Shown in pieces: positions 1 to 10,272 of a DNA stretch of 62,477 bases (the first letter of the stretch is position 1; every line of letters starts with the position of its first letter). The position numbers were made by a program, and so were the translations under genes. The DNA comes from Bacilli bacterium. GTDB taxonomy: Bacteria > Bacillota_I > Bacilli_A > RF39 > UBA660. The stretch covers positions 1-62,477 of the forward strand of contig JAFRVB010000001.1 of the NCBI GenBank assembly GCA_017441845.1, in the 5' to 3' direction. The notes under the pieces were generated by a model. That model saw only the letters and a list, made by a program, of their open reading frames with translations, did no database searches and was not told where the DNA came from.

Positions 1-222
1 CCTTATTTGTAATAATCTTACACTCATTAAAGTTAACGCACTTTCTACGTCTATACCTACATATCGATATAGCAGTTCAGAAGCCATATTTTATAGTTTA
101 ATTATACTTATCTCTCACCTACATAAGCTCTCTTTAATAATTTTTTAACTATAAAACTCTTCATCAATACATTTAAACTTGTTAAACATGATAACATATT
201 TCCTTTTATTAATCAATAATCT

Positions 223-2235
223 TTATTTATAATAGACCATCCTAGCTGAAACATGCCCTGTCATTTGAGCTGACGTTGTTTTTCCTGATTTACAAAGTTG
301 AGAATCTTTTACCTGAGTACATTTAGTTTCCTTTCCAGCTGTCTTTCCGTGAAACCACATGTGACCTTCATCTTTGTCTACAACCCATTTGCCATCCCAA
401 TAGAACCCCTTATTATCTGCTGAATGGCCTTGGTTTGTTTTTTTATCGATACCATAAGTATACATTGTAGCTTCATCGTTTGATCTTATTATTACATTTT
501 TAGCACCTGGTTGGCACAAAAGATATAGCTTAGTTGTTCCAGGACTTCCAACATATTTACTTTTAGCAGTTACAGTTAGTTTTACTGTAGTTGGACCTGA
601 TATTGACATTGCGTTTCCAGCAACAACACTTCCCCATTTACAATCAAAATATGACGCAATTGGTCTCGCATATGTATTTGCTCCTTTACCAAAATTACAA
701 ACAGGAGTAGTTACATTACAACTAGTATTATTATTATATGCATTACAAGAAGCAGAACTATCTCTTGATCCTCCAGTTAAATTATTAATATTTCGATAAG
801 TACTTATATTAAAACTAAAATTAGCTTTTATAGTCTTATAAGTAATAGCATAATATGTAGTATCAGAAGAAACAGTCTTACTAGCACCAGCGTTCCAACC
901 AGAAGAAGTAGCGCTACTAGATGTATTCCATCCTACCGCAGTATATCCAGATCTACTTATTCCAGGAGAAGCAACAGAACAACCAGTTTGAGTATCAATA
1001 TAATAGTCACAACTTCTAGTAACAACACTTCCTGATGCACCATTTGGATTAAAACTAATTGTAACAGTCTTAACTGCTTTCTTCCAATTAGCATACAATG
1101 TAACATAACAATCTTGACTAGCTACATTAGGACAAAAATCAGTTGCTTTATATGCATCTTTTTGATTATAAGTTTTTCCAGTTCCATCAGCACTTGTATT
1201 CCACTCATTATTAGCATCAATCTTATAATTTGTTCTTTTTAAATTAACAGCACTTGTATTGTTATAATTTATTAATCCATCTGAAGTTAATGATTCATCT
1301 TCTAATATTGTATGAATAATATCTTTATTTTCAGTTTTACTTGTATCAACCAAAAGATTAGATTGAACACTATATTTTGAATCATATGGACTAGTTAAAT
1401 TTCCACCATTAACATTAAACTTAATAAATACTTTTCCAACATAATATTTAATTTCATAAGAAACATTTACATCTCTAGAATTATTATTAATATCCATAAC
1501 AGTTCCAGTTATCTCAACTTTAAATGTATCAGAATTTCTAATGTCATTCATTTCACTTGGTAGTGGTATTTTTCTTATAATTTCACTATCATAATTCTCA
1601 TTATCAAAATCAATAGTATTTTGGCCACCTATCCTAGTATTGTTTTGATACCATTGATAATCAACTTTTTGATCTTTTTTCAAACCAACACCTGTATCAG
1701 AAAGTTTAACTCTTAAATCTCTTTTTTCAGTTCTTTTTAAAATTGTTTTATCTTTATAATCACTTACATCATAAACTTCAATTTCAGGAGGAGAACCTGC
1801 ATTGTCTTCCAAATCACAAACTGCAATATCATTAGGTTTTTTACCATTACCATAAACTATTTTATTATTTTGTCTACATGTAACATAACTATCATAGTGA
1901 TAATTACCTCTGTTATTCTTCTTAACAAAAACAAAAGTATCTTCTAATCCACAGCTATTGTTTCTTATTTGAATATCATCAATTAAATCTTTTTCATGCA
2001 AATTAGCATAAGTTATGACAGCACAACCCGTATTATCAATACCAAATAAATCTTCGTTATAAGCATCATTATATACTTTACCAGCACTCTTAATTGCTTT
2101 ATCATAAGCCAAATATTTTGCTTCTCTATTATTTTCTTGAATATATCTAACTGACGGTATTGCGATTACCATTAATACTCCAAGTATTGCTACCGCAACT
2201 ACCAATTCTATTAAAGTAAATCCTTTGCGATTCAT
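223..2235 (-). CDS. Giant type IV pilin-like protein (class III signal peptide) with InlB-B/Listeria-Bacteroides repeats
   Basis: N-terminus MNRKG|FTLIELVVAVAILGVLMVIAIP is a prepilin cleavage motif. Two repeats F-N-x-NG...GY/NY...W-N-T...Y-A-x-W/I follow, then a Cys/Ser/Thr-rich C-terminus. Confidence 0.85.
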   Translation of the reverse strand: MNRKGFTLIELVVAVAILGVLMVIAIPSVRYIQENNREAKYLAYDKAIKSAGKVYNDAYNEDLFGIDNTGCAVITYANLHEKDLIDDIQIRNNSCGLEDTFVFVKKNNRGNYHYDSYVTCRQNNKIVYGNGKKPNDIAVCDLEDNAGSPPEIEVYDVSDYKDKTILKRTEKRDLRVKLSDTGVGLKKDQKVDYQWYQNNTRIGGQNTIDFDNENYDSEIIRKIPLPSEMNDIRNSDTFKVEITGTVMDINNNSRDVNVSYEIKYYVGKVFIKFNVNGGNLTSPYDSKYSVQSNLLVDTSKTENKDIIHTILEDESLTSDGLINYNNTSAVNLKRTNYKIDANNEWNTSADGTGKTYNQKDAYKATDFCPNVASQDCYVTLYANWKKAVKTVTISFNPNGASGSVVTRSCDYYIDTQTGCSVASPGISRSGYTAVGWNTSSSATSSGWNAGASKTVSSDTTYYAITYKTIKANFSFNISTYRNINNLTGGSRDSSASCNAYNNNTSCNVTTPVCNFGKGANTYARPIASYFDCKWGSVVAGNAMSISGPTTVKLTVTAKSKYVGSPGTTKLYLLCQPGAKNVIIRSNDEATMYTYGIDKKTNQGHSADNKGFYWDGKWVVDKDEGHMWFHGKTAGKETKCTQVKDSQLCKSGKTTSAQMTGHVSARMVYYK

Positions 2236-2269
2236 ATTATCACCCTAACTTAATTATAACTTTTTTATT

Positions 2270-5200
2270 CTATTTATCAATATTTTTCTTATACATTTTA
2301 TAAATTTTATCTAATAAATTTACTAAATAATATATTGGATGTTTTTCTATTCTAATTGTATTTAAACTTATTACTACATCTCTACCTCTAGCTTGAAACT
2401 TAAATCTATTAGTAATCTTATAAGCTAATACAAAGACATCTTCTATATCTAATTTAGAAATAGTCTCTTTAGGAAATATCATTTCAATAAAATTACGAGT
2501 ATTATTAACATTAATTATATTTAATAAATCTGCCAGTTTATCAAACCACTTAGTATACATATAGATAATAATACTTTCGTCTAATTTACCAAATCTATCT
2601 TCTAATTCTTCTTTTACTAAATTAAATTGTTCTTTAGAATCAATAGTATCAATTAATTTATGAATTTCTATCTTTAATTCGTCTTCAAATACTAATTCAT
2701 CACTAATATGAGTAGAAACATCTAGGTAAGCAGTAGTTTTTTCTTCTTTTTCTTCTTTTTCTACTCCTTCTCTTCTATATTCTACTTCATCGTTAAGCAT
2801 TTTTAAGTATAGATCAATTCCTACACTATCAATGAAACCTGCTTGTTCTGAACCTAGTATATCTCCTGCTCCTCTAATTGAAAGATCACGAGATGCTATA
2901 TTAAATCCAGATCCTAATTCAGTAAATTCTTTGATTACTTTAAGTCTCTTAACAGCACCTTCAGTTAATTTCTTATATGGTTTATACATCAAATAAGCAT
3001 AAGCAAATCTATCACTTCGACCAACTCTACCTCTAATTTGATAAAGTTGAGATAAACCAAATCTATCTGCATCAATAACAATCAATGTATTGACATTAGG
3101 TATATCTATACCAGTCTCAATAATTGTACTACATAAAAGTACATCATATTTATTTTCAATAAAATCTTCAACAGTAGATTCTAACTCATTCTTACTTAAT
3201 TGACCATGCCCTATCGCAATAGAGATATCAGGCATTAATTTTTGTAATTTTTCTTTTTCATAATCAATTGAATCAACTCGGTTATATAAAATAAAACTTT
3301 GTCCACCACGAGCTTTTTCTTTTAAAATAGCATCTTTAATTAATTGATCATTTTCTTCAATAACATAAGTTTGAATAGGATATCTATTTATAGGTGCAGT
3401 CTCAATTAAAGATAGATTTCTTAATCCTACTAAACTCATTTGTAATGTTCTAGGTATAGGTGTCGCAGATAAAGTAAGTACATCAACATTAGTCTTATAT
3501 TCCTTAATTTTCTCTTTATGTTTAACACCAAATCTTTGTTCTTCATCTATTATTAACAATCCTAAATTACTAGGTTTAATATCCTCACTAAGTAATCTAT
3601 GAGTACCAAAGACTAAATCAATACTACCATCTTTTAATCCTTCTATTATTCTTCGCGCTTCTCTAGGTGGAGTAAATCTATTTAATATACCAATATTAAC
3701 AGGATATCCTGCAAATCTCTCTTTTGCATTCTCGTAATGTTGATTAGAAAGAATCGTAGTAGGGCACAAGAATAATACTTGTTTAGAATCAAGAATAGCT
3801 TTAAAAGCCGCTACAAAAGCAACTTCTGTCTTACCAAAACCAACATCTCCACAAAGAAGTCTATCCATTGGAGAATCTTTTTCCATATCTTCTTTAATCT
3901 CAGATATTGCTTTAACTTGATCTTTAGTTAATTCAAAACCAACATCTTTTTCAAAACTATTCATCAAATAATTATCTTTAGAAAAAGAGTATCCTTTTCT
4001 TAAACTTCTTTCTGCGTAAAGTTTAAGTAATTGATCTGCCATATCATTAATCTTACCAAGAACTCTATTTTTTGTTTTTATCCAATCAGATCCAGATAAA
4101 CTATTTATCTTAGGTACCATTCCTTCTTTACCAGAATATTTATATAAAGAAGATATTCTCTCTACAGGTATATATATCTTATCTTTACCAGCATAAAGTA
4201 TCTCTACATAATCTTTATCAATACCATTAGTAGTAATAGTCTTAATACCATTATATATACCAATACCATGTAAGATATGTACTACATAATCTCCTAATTC
4301 TAGTTTATCTACATCTATTACTTTTTTACTATATTTAAATTTGTTCTTATATTTATTCTTAACTATTCTTTCTCTGAATAATTCATTAGAAGTTAGAATA
4401 ACTGTATTATCATAAATAAATCCTTCTGGGAAATATCCTTCTATAAAATTAATTTTACCTTTCTTAATATTATTAATATCTTTATTAACATGACTAATAA
4501 ACCTAGAACTAATATTATTAATTTGATATTTCTTTAAAAACATCACAATCGTATAATCTAAATCTAAATATTTATTAACAAAGTTACTAATCAAATCAAA
4601 ATTATCATTAAATTTATTAATAGTACTAACATTATAATCAATTAAATCACTAACATACTCACTCTTAATATTATTAATAGATAAATAATACATCTTATTC
4701 TTAGGATCAATATCAGTAATATTAAACATATATTTACCTTTAAATTCTTTATCTTTTTCTTCTCTATATTCTTTTATTTGATCTAAGATATCATTATTAG
4801 ATAAAAGTAATTGTTCATAATCTTTATAAATAACAATACCATCATTAAGATAATCACTAATACTATTTACTTTCTCATAATTAGTTAAATATTTTTGTTT
4901 ATTAAATTCTTCTTCTTTAACATCATCAAAAGTCATAAACTCAATACATGGCTTAATACTTATTTCTTTTATTTCTTCTAAACTTCTCTGTGTTTCAGAA
5001 TCAAAATATCTAATAGACTCTATTTCATCTCCAAAGAATTCAATACGAACAGGTTTTTCTTCTTCTAAAGGATAAACATCTATCACAAAACCTCTAATCG
5101 CAACTTCACCAGTCTTATTAACGATACTATCTCTAACGTATCCCATCTTATAAAGTCTATTTTTTAATTCTTCATTATCTATTTCTTCTCCTACTTTTAG

Positions 5201-5581
5201 ATTTAAACTAAATTTCTTAAATATATCAACGTTAGGTAAAAATCTTAAATAACCTGTTAAATTAGTAATAATTATCTTATTACCCTCTAACATTAATTCA
5301 TTTAAAGTATCTAATCTATTTAATACTAAGTCAGGAGAAACAGCTAAAGCTTCACTAGTTAAGAAATCATCCATAGGGAATAAATAAACATCATCAGTCA
5401 AATTATTAACATAAGAATATAAAGTATTAGCTTCAGTTAAACTATTAACCACAACAAGTATATTTTTATTTTCTCTATTCAATAAATTATATAAATAGAC
5501 ACTAAAAAAAGCATCAGTTATTCCAGTAATACCAATGTCTTTTTTATATTCTAAAGATATAAAGTTATTGAAAAAATCCAT
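2270..5581 (-). CDS. mfd: Transcription-repair coupling factor
   Basis: UvrB-like N-terminus, CarD/TRCF domain (GDYVVHILHGIG), GDVGFGKT, DEEQRFG, QIRGRVGR, RGAGDILG. Confidence 0.98.
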   Translation of the reverse strand: MDFFNNFISLEYKKDIGITGITDAFFSVYLYNLLNRENKNILVVVNSLTEANTLYSYVNNLTDDVYLFPMDDFLTSEALAVSPDLVLNRLDTLNELMLEGNKIIITNLTGYLRFLPNVDIFKKFSLNLKVGEEIDNEELKNRLYKMGYVRDSIVNKTGEVAIRGFVIDVYPLEEEKPVRIEFFGDEIESIRYFDSETQRSLEEIKEISIKPCIEFMTFDDVKEEEFNKQKYLTNYEKVNSISDYLNDGIVIYKDYEQLLLSNNDILDQIKEYREEKDKEFKGKYMFNITDIDPKNKMYYLSINNIKSEYVSDLIDYNVSTINKFNDNFDLISNFVNKYLDLDYTIVMFLKKYQINNISSRFISHVNKDINNIKKGKINFIEGYFPEGFIYDNTVILTSNELFRERIVKNKYKNKFKYSKKVIDVDKLELGDYVVHILHGIGIYNGIKTITTNGIDKDYVEILYAGKDKIYIPVERISSLYKYSGKEGMVPKINSLSGSDWIKTKNRVLGKINDMADQLLKLYAERSLRKGYSFSKDNYLMNSFEKDVGFELTKDQVKAISEIKEDMEKDSPMDRLLCGDVGFGKTEVAFVAAFKAILDSKQVLFLCPTTILSNQHYENAKERFAGYPVNIGILNRFTPPREARRIIEGLKDGSIDLVFGTHRLLSEDIKPSNLGLLIIDEEQRFGVKHKEKIKEYKTNVDVLTLSATPIPRTLQMSLVGLRNLSLIETAPINRYPIQTYVIEENDQLIKDAILKEKARGGQSFILYNRVDSIDYEKEKLQKLMPDISIAIGHGQLSKNELESTVEDFIENKYDVLLCSTIIETGIDIPNVNTLIVIDADRFGLSQLYQIRGRVGRSDRFAYAYLMYKPYKKLTEGAVKRLKVIKEFTELGSGFNIASRDLSIRGAGDILGSEQAGFIDSVGIDLYLKMLNDEVEYRREGVEKEEKEEKTTAYLDVSTHISDELVFEDELKIEIHKLIDTIDSKEQFNLVKEELEDRFGKLDESIIIYMYTKWFDKLADLLNIINVNNTRNFIEMIFPKETISKLDIEDVFVLAYKITNRFKFQARGRDVVISLNTIRIEKHPIYYLVNLLDKIYKMYKKNIDK

Positions 5582-5589
5582 AACATCAC

Positions 5590-6156
5590 CTATTTATTTT
5601 TCTTATTATATAAAGCCATTAATTTATCAAAATCTAATATAAAATAATCATCAAGTACTTTATTTAATTCTTTAAATAAGTTATCTAAAGTTTCTTTATC
5701 TTTCTTACTAAAAGTAGATAAAACATAATCTTTAGTATCTATATCACTATTACCAATCCCTATTTTTAATCTTTTATACTCAGTAGTTCCGATAGCTTTC
5801 TCAATATCACGAAGACCATTATGTCCACCACAAGAACCTCTATATTTTAATTTATAATTACCAACAGATAAATCTAAATCATCACTAATAATAAGTAAAT
5901 CCACTATATCTATTTCAAAATAATCAATGTACTTTTTAACTACTCCTCCACTTAAATTCATATAAGATTGGGGTTTTAAAAATATTACTTTTTCTCCATC
6001 AATATTAGTTTGAATAAATAATCCATTAAATTTTTTCTTCCACTCTAAAGAGATTCCTTTAAAATCAAGGAAACTATCTAACATCATAAAACCAGTATTA
6101 TGTCTAGTTTTATCATAATCTTTTCCAGGATTACCTAATCCTACAACTAATTTCAT
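5590..6156 (-). CDS. pth: Peptidyl-tRNA hydrolase
   Basis: LVVGLGNPG..Y..TRHNTG, KPQSYMNLSG, GGHNGL. Confidence 0.98.
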   Translation of the reverse strand: MKLVVGLGNPGKDYDKTRHNTGFMMLDSFLDFKGISLEWKKKFNGLFIQTNIDGEKVIFLKPQSYMNLSGGVVKKYIDYFEIDIVDLLIISDDLDLSVGNYKLKYRGSCGGHNGLRDIEKAIGTTEYKRLKIGIGNSDIDTKDYVLSTFSKKDKETLDNLFKELNKVLDDYFILDFDKLMALYNKKNK

Positions 6157-6164
6157 ATAATCAC

Positions 6165-7010
6165 CTACTTATTATCATGATAATATTTATATATTTCTGA
6201 TTTAGATACACCTCTCTCTTTAGAGACAATCTTTATCGCATCCATTTCAGAATTATCATCTAAATACATTTTAACATGTTCAACAATATCTAAATCATTA
6301 TAATTAACTTCTTCTTTATTTCCTTCTACGACAATGACAAATTCACCTTTTTTATCTTTATATTCATCTTTCGCAGACTCTAAATCACCATAATATATTT
6401 CTTCATGTACTTTAGATAACTCTCTACTAATAGAAATCTTTCTATTACCAAAGACTTCATGCATTAACTCTAATGTTTTTTCTATTCTATGAACAGATTC
6501 ATAAAATATTAAAGTATATTTTAAACTCTTTAGTCCTTTTAATTCTTCTTTCATTTTAGATTGTTTACTGTTTAAGAAACCATAAAACAAGAAAGGACTA
6601 GGTTCAACGCCACTAGATGATAAAGCTGGTACAAAAGCAGTAGCTCCTGGTAAAGAGATAACTGAAATATTATTTTTAATTACTTCTCTAGTTAATATAT
6701 AACCAGGATCACTGATAATTGGACTTCCTTGATCAGTAATTAAACCAATATTTTTACCAGATTTCAAGTCATTTATAACATTATTCTTTATACTATCTTC
6801 ATTATATTCATGACAAGCTACTAATTTTTTATAAATATCGAAGTGTTTTAATAGCTTTAAACTCTCTCTAGTATCTTCGCATAAGATATAATCAACATCT
6901 TTTAAAACATTAACAGCTCTAAAAGTCATATCATCTAAATTACCTATTGGAGTTGGTACTAAATATAGTTTCCCTTGAGATTCCTTTTCGTAACTCTTTT
7001 TAAAACTCAT
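6165..7010 (-). CDS. rsmI: 16S rRNA C1402 2'-O-methyltransferase
   Basis: LYLVPTPIGNL.D.TFRA, CEDTR, P.ISDPG, RELSKVHEE. Confidence 0.96.
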   Translation of the reverse strand: MSFKKSYEKESQGKLYLVPTPIGNLDDMTFRAVNVLKDVDYILCEDTRESLKLLKHFDIYKKLVACHEYNEDSIKNNVINDLKSGKNIGLITDQGSPIISDPGYILTREVIKNNISVISLPGATAFVPALSSSGVEPSPFLFYGFLNSKQSKMKEELKGLKSLKYTLIFYESVHRIEKTLELMHEVFGNRKISISRELSKVHEEIYYGDLESAKDEYKDKKGEFVIVVEGNKEEVNYNDLDIVEHVKMYLDDNSEMDAIKIVSKERGVSKSEIYKYYHDNK

Positions 7011-7735
7011 TTTAATACCTCCTCTGTAATATGTTTATATTCATCAGTATAAGAACCATCTAAGTTATATACAATGAATGGTTTTTCTACTTTTAATCCA
7101 ACGTTTCCGTTCTTTCTACTCTCTAAAAAGACCATTTCTGCATTACTATCACAATTTTTATATATGAATTTTAGTCTTTTTACTTCTAAATTATTTTTAT
7201 TTAATAAATCAATAATCTCAGCTATTCTTTCACTTCTATGTACCAAAGAGAATGTTCCATTATTATCAAGTAACTTACTAACACACTCAATTAATTCATC
7301 TAATTTCAATTTAATTTCATGCCTAGCAATAGTTTTTTCCATAGTTAGATTATTATTTATATCATTATCTTTAAAATATGGAGGATTACAAGTAATTAAA
7401 TCATATTTACCTAATCTATCTTTAGTAACAAAATCTTTAATATCTTCATGATAAAAAGTAATTTGATCTTCTAAATTATTTAATTTATTAGATTTAATAG
7501 CTAATTCATATAATTTATCTTGTATCTCTACTCCTTCAATCTTTTTATCACATCTTAAAGATAGAATAAAAGGTATTATTCCATTACCAGTACAAATATC
7601 TAAGATTCTTTTATCATTTTTCCTGATAGTAGAAAAATTCCCTAGAATTAAACTATCCAAAGAAAAAGAAAAACAATCAGTATCTTGATATATTCTTCTA
7701 TTTTTGTATCCTACAATATCATTTATTCTTTCCAT
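7007..7735 (-). CDS. tRNA1(Val) A37 N6-methyltransferase (YabB/TrmN6 family)
   Basis: FSFSLDS, LDICTGNG, CNPPYF, ARHE. Conserved position between ricT and rsmI. ATG at 7735 preferred over the GTG at 7744. Confidence 0.88.
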   Translation of the reverse strand: MERINDIVGYKNRRIYQDTDCFSFSLDSLILGNFSTIRKNDKRILDICTGNGIIPFILSLRCDKKIEGVEIQDKLYELAIKSNKLNNLEDQITFYHEDIKDFVTKDRLGKYDLITCNPPYFKDNDINNNLTMEKTIARHEIKLKLDELIECVSKLLDNNGTFSLVHRSERIAEIIDLLNKNNLEVKRLKFIYKNCDSNAEMVFLESRKNGNVGLKVEKPFIVYNLDGSYTDEYKHITEEVLK

Positions 7736-8519
7736 TTTTATCACAAAAAACCTGTACGATTTCTCTTTCTCCTAAATCAACTTTATAACTTCTATTTAAT
7801 ACATCAACAGAAATTACTTTTCCTTTACCAGAATCAGTTTTAACTTCGGATCCAACTGCAGGTAAATCTTTCTTTAATTCAGAATATAAATCATTTTCAT
7901 ATCCTAAACAACAATAAAGTCTTCCACACAAACCATTGATTTTACTAGGATTTAAAGCTAAATTTTGATTCTTAGCCATATTGATTGAAACAGAATTTAA
8001 ATCTGTTAAAAATCTATTACAACATAAGAATAAACCACATGGTCCAACTCCACCAACTTTTCTAGCTTTATCTCTAATACCAATTTGTCTTAACTCTATT
8101 CTAGTTTTATATTTAGCCGCTAATTTCTTAGCTAAAGTTCTAAAATCTATTCTGTTATCTGAAAGAAAAGAAAAGATTAATTGACTCTTATTTAAATTAA
8201 AATAACAATCTACAAAATTCATCTCAAGATCTAAGTTCTTAGCTTCTTTTTTCGCATCCACTAATGCTTTTTTAGCCAATTCTTCATTTTTTTCAATCGT
8301 TTTTAAATCCTCTTTGTTTACTTTTCTAACTATATTTGGTAGAGGTAAAAACAGATTCTTTTTCTTCTCAGGATACTTATTTTTAATAACAGTACCAACT
8401 AAATAATCTTCTCCATCTTCAAATATAACTTGATCATTACGTGATACATCTACATCATTAGGAGAGACATAGTAAACACCATTATTAAGCTTACAACTAA
8501 CAACTACTACATCAATCAT
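7719..8519 (-). CDS. ricT: RicT/YaaT (PSP1 domain) regulatory Fe-S complex subunit
   Basis: RIDFR.L...LA...KTRIELRQIG.RD, GPCG..LCC, SINMAKNQNL.LNPSKINGLCGRL.CCL.YE. ATG at 8519 follows GGAGG. Confidence 0.93.
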   Translation of the reverse strand: MIDVVVVSCKLNNGVYYVSPNDVDVSRNDQVIFEDGEDYLVGTVIKNKYPEKKKNLFLPLPNIVRKVNKEDLKTIEKNEELAKKALVDAKKEAKNLDLEMNFVDCYFNLNKSQLIFSFLSDNRIDFRTLAKKLAAKYKTRIELRQIGIRDKARKVGGVGPCGLFLCCNRFLTDLNSVSINMAKNQNLALNPSKINGLCGRLYCCLGYENDLYSELKKDLPAVGSEVKTDSGKGKVISVDVLNRSYKVDLGEREIVQVFCDKNGKNK

Positions 8520-9369
8520 AATTACCTCCAATCAATCTACAAAACAAGTTATCAAACCATAATTTATAATTTAAATTAAATTCTAAATCAGAAAGACAAC
8601 TCTCAATTATAGATATATATTCAATAATTTTATCTTTATTAATCATAGATAAACATTTATCTTCAACATTACCATTATAATAATCTAACATATATAAATT
8701 TAGATTATTAAAGAAACCCATAATTTTCTTCTTATTAAACGATCTTCTACTACTTTCTTCATTTTCCTCTTTCTCTTTTTCATAGAAATATTCAGTAATA
8801 GAATCATAATTTACAAATAAATTATCTGGATTAACTAAATAAGAAAGAAAATCTTCATAATAATTATCTTCAAATACATATTTCTGATCTTCTCTAATAT
8901 TAAAATATAAGCATCTAGAAATAATAGTAGGTAATAACTTATATTTGTTCTTAGTAACTAATATTCCATATACATTATCTCTAGGTTCTTCAACAAACTT
9001 TAATATTGCGTTAGAAGAATATTTATTCATCTTTTCTGCCTCTAAAATAATATAAACCTTATTTTTAGAAAGAATAGATGTATTTGAAAACTCTAATTCT
9101 AAATTAATTAATTGTTCTTTTTTTATTTCATTACCATCAGGTCTTACTATATATAAATCAGGATATACTCCTTCATCTATTAAATTACATATATTACACT
9201 TATCACAGTTTACTTGAGAAAAACTCTTATCTTCACAAAATAGTACTTTCACAAAATCTAATATAAAAGAATAATCTTCTTCATAGTTATCTACTTCAAA
9301 GATATAAGCATGAGAAAACCTTTTATTATCAACATAATCAATAAAATTTTGTTTTCTTATGCCATACAT
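8512..9369 (-). CDS. holB: DNA polymerase III delta-prime subunit
   Basis: SHAYIF, Zn-finger C..C..C, YPDL, AEKMN..SSNAILKFVEEP, LLPTIISRC. Walker A degenerate as expected. Position upstream of ricT. Confidence 0.88.
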   Translation of the reverse strand: MYGIRKQNFIDYVDNKRFSHAYIFEVDNYEEDYSFILDFVKVLFCEDKSFSQVNCDKCNICNLIDEGVYPDLYIVRPDGNEIKKEQLINLELEFSNTSILSKNKVYIILEAEKMNKYSSNAILKFVEEPRDNVYGILVTKNKYKLLPTIISRCLYFNIREDQKYVFEDNYYEDFLSYLVNPDNLFVNYDSITEYFYEKEKEENEESSRRSFNKKKIMGFFNNLNLYMLDYYNGNVEDKCLSMINKDKIIEYISIIESCLSDLEFNLNYKLWFDNLFCRLIGGNYD

Positions 9370-9370
9370 A

Positions 9371-9964
9371 TTAGACTTCCTTTCTATCACTCAAAGCTCT
9401 TTCTAAAGTTAAACTATCGATATATTCCATATCTGCACCTATAGGTACACCACTAGCTAAACGAGTAATTGTAACATTCATACCATCAAGTATCTTTTTT
9501 ATGTATAAAGATGTTGTTTCCCCTTCAATACTAGGTTTTAAAGCAAAAATCACTTCTTTAAACTTTTCTTTTTCCACTCTTTTTATTAATAAATCAATAC
9601 CAATATCTTCAGGATTAATACCTTCTAAAGGATTAATAAGTCCATTTAAAACATGATATTTCCCATGAAACATATTAAGTTTTTCAAATAAAAATACATT
9701 TTTAGGATCATCTACTACAAACAAAGCATTATTATCCCTAGTTTTATCTTCACAGATAGAACATATGTTTTTATCTGTTAAAGAGTTACATATACTACAT
9801 CTTTTGATATTATTCTTAATATTTTCAATGCTTTCAGCAAATTGAGAAACCATATCTTCATCAAGATCTAAAACTGCATAGGCAAATCTTTCAGCAGATT
9901 TTTCACCTACTCCAGGTAACATCTTAAAACTTTCAATTAGGTTATTTAAACTATCAGGTATCAT
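9371..9964 (-). CDS. recR: Recombination mediator RecR
   Basis: LPGVGEKSAER, CxxC..CxxC, Toprim domain EGETT, RLASGVPIG. Confidence 0.97.
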   Translation of the reverse strand: MIPDSLNNLIESFKMLPGVGEKSAERFAYAVLDLDEDMVSQFAESIENIKNNIKRCSICNSLTDKNICSICEDKTRDNNALFVVDDPKNVFLFEKLNMFHGKYHVLNGLINPLEGINPEDIGIDLLIKRVEKEKFKEVIFALKPSIEGETTSLYIKKILDGMNVTITRLASGVPIGADMEYIDSLTLERALSDRKEV

Positions 9965-9966
9965 AA

Positions 9967-10260
9967 TTAAAACAACCCTGGAATATTGTTATATTTAGCC
10001 ATTTTCTTTTCAGTAGTTTCATCAACTTTATTATTAGCATCATTAACAGCTACCATAATCATATCTTGTAGCATTTCAATATCATCTTTTTCTAAAGATT
10101 CAGCATCAATTTTAACATCAACTACTTTTTTTGTACCTAATACTGTAACTTTTACTAATGAACTTTCACCAGTAAATTCAGTATTATCAATTTCTCCTTT
10201 GATTTTCATCATGTCTTTTTGCATATTTTGTGCTTGTTTTAACATAGCTTGCATATTCAT
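9967..10260 (-). CDS. ebfC: YbaB/EbfC nucleoid-associated protein
   Basis: MNMQAMLKQAQ.MQ, DDIEMLQDMI.VAVNDA. Lies between dnaX and recR. Confidence 0.95.
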   Translation of the reverse strand: MNMQAMLKQAQNMQKDMMKIKGEIDNTEFTGESSLVKVTVLGTKKVVDVKIDAESLEKDDIEMLQDMIMVAVNDANNKVDETTEKKMAKYNNIPGLF

Positions 10261-10272
10261 AATATCAACTCC

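Noticed and set aside
1-222. Short minus-strand ORFs (108-197, and one starting at ~87 running off the window) or an RNA element downstream of the pilin
   Set aside because: No recognisable motif or convincing structure, and the region is truncated by the window edge.
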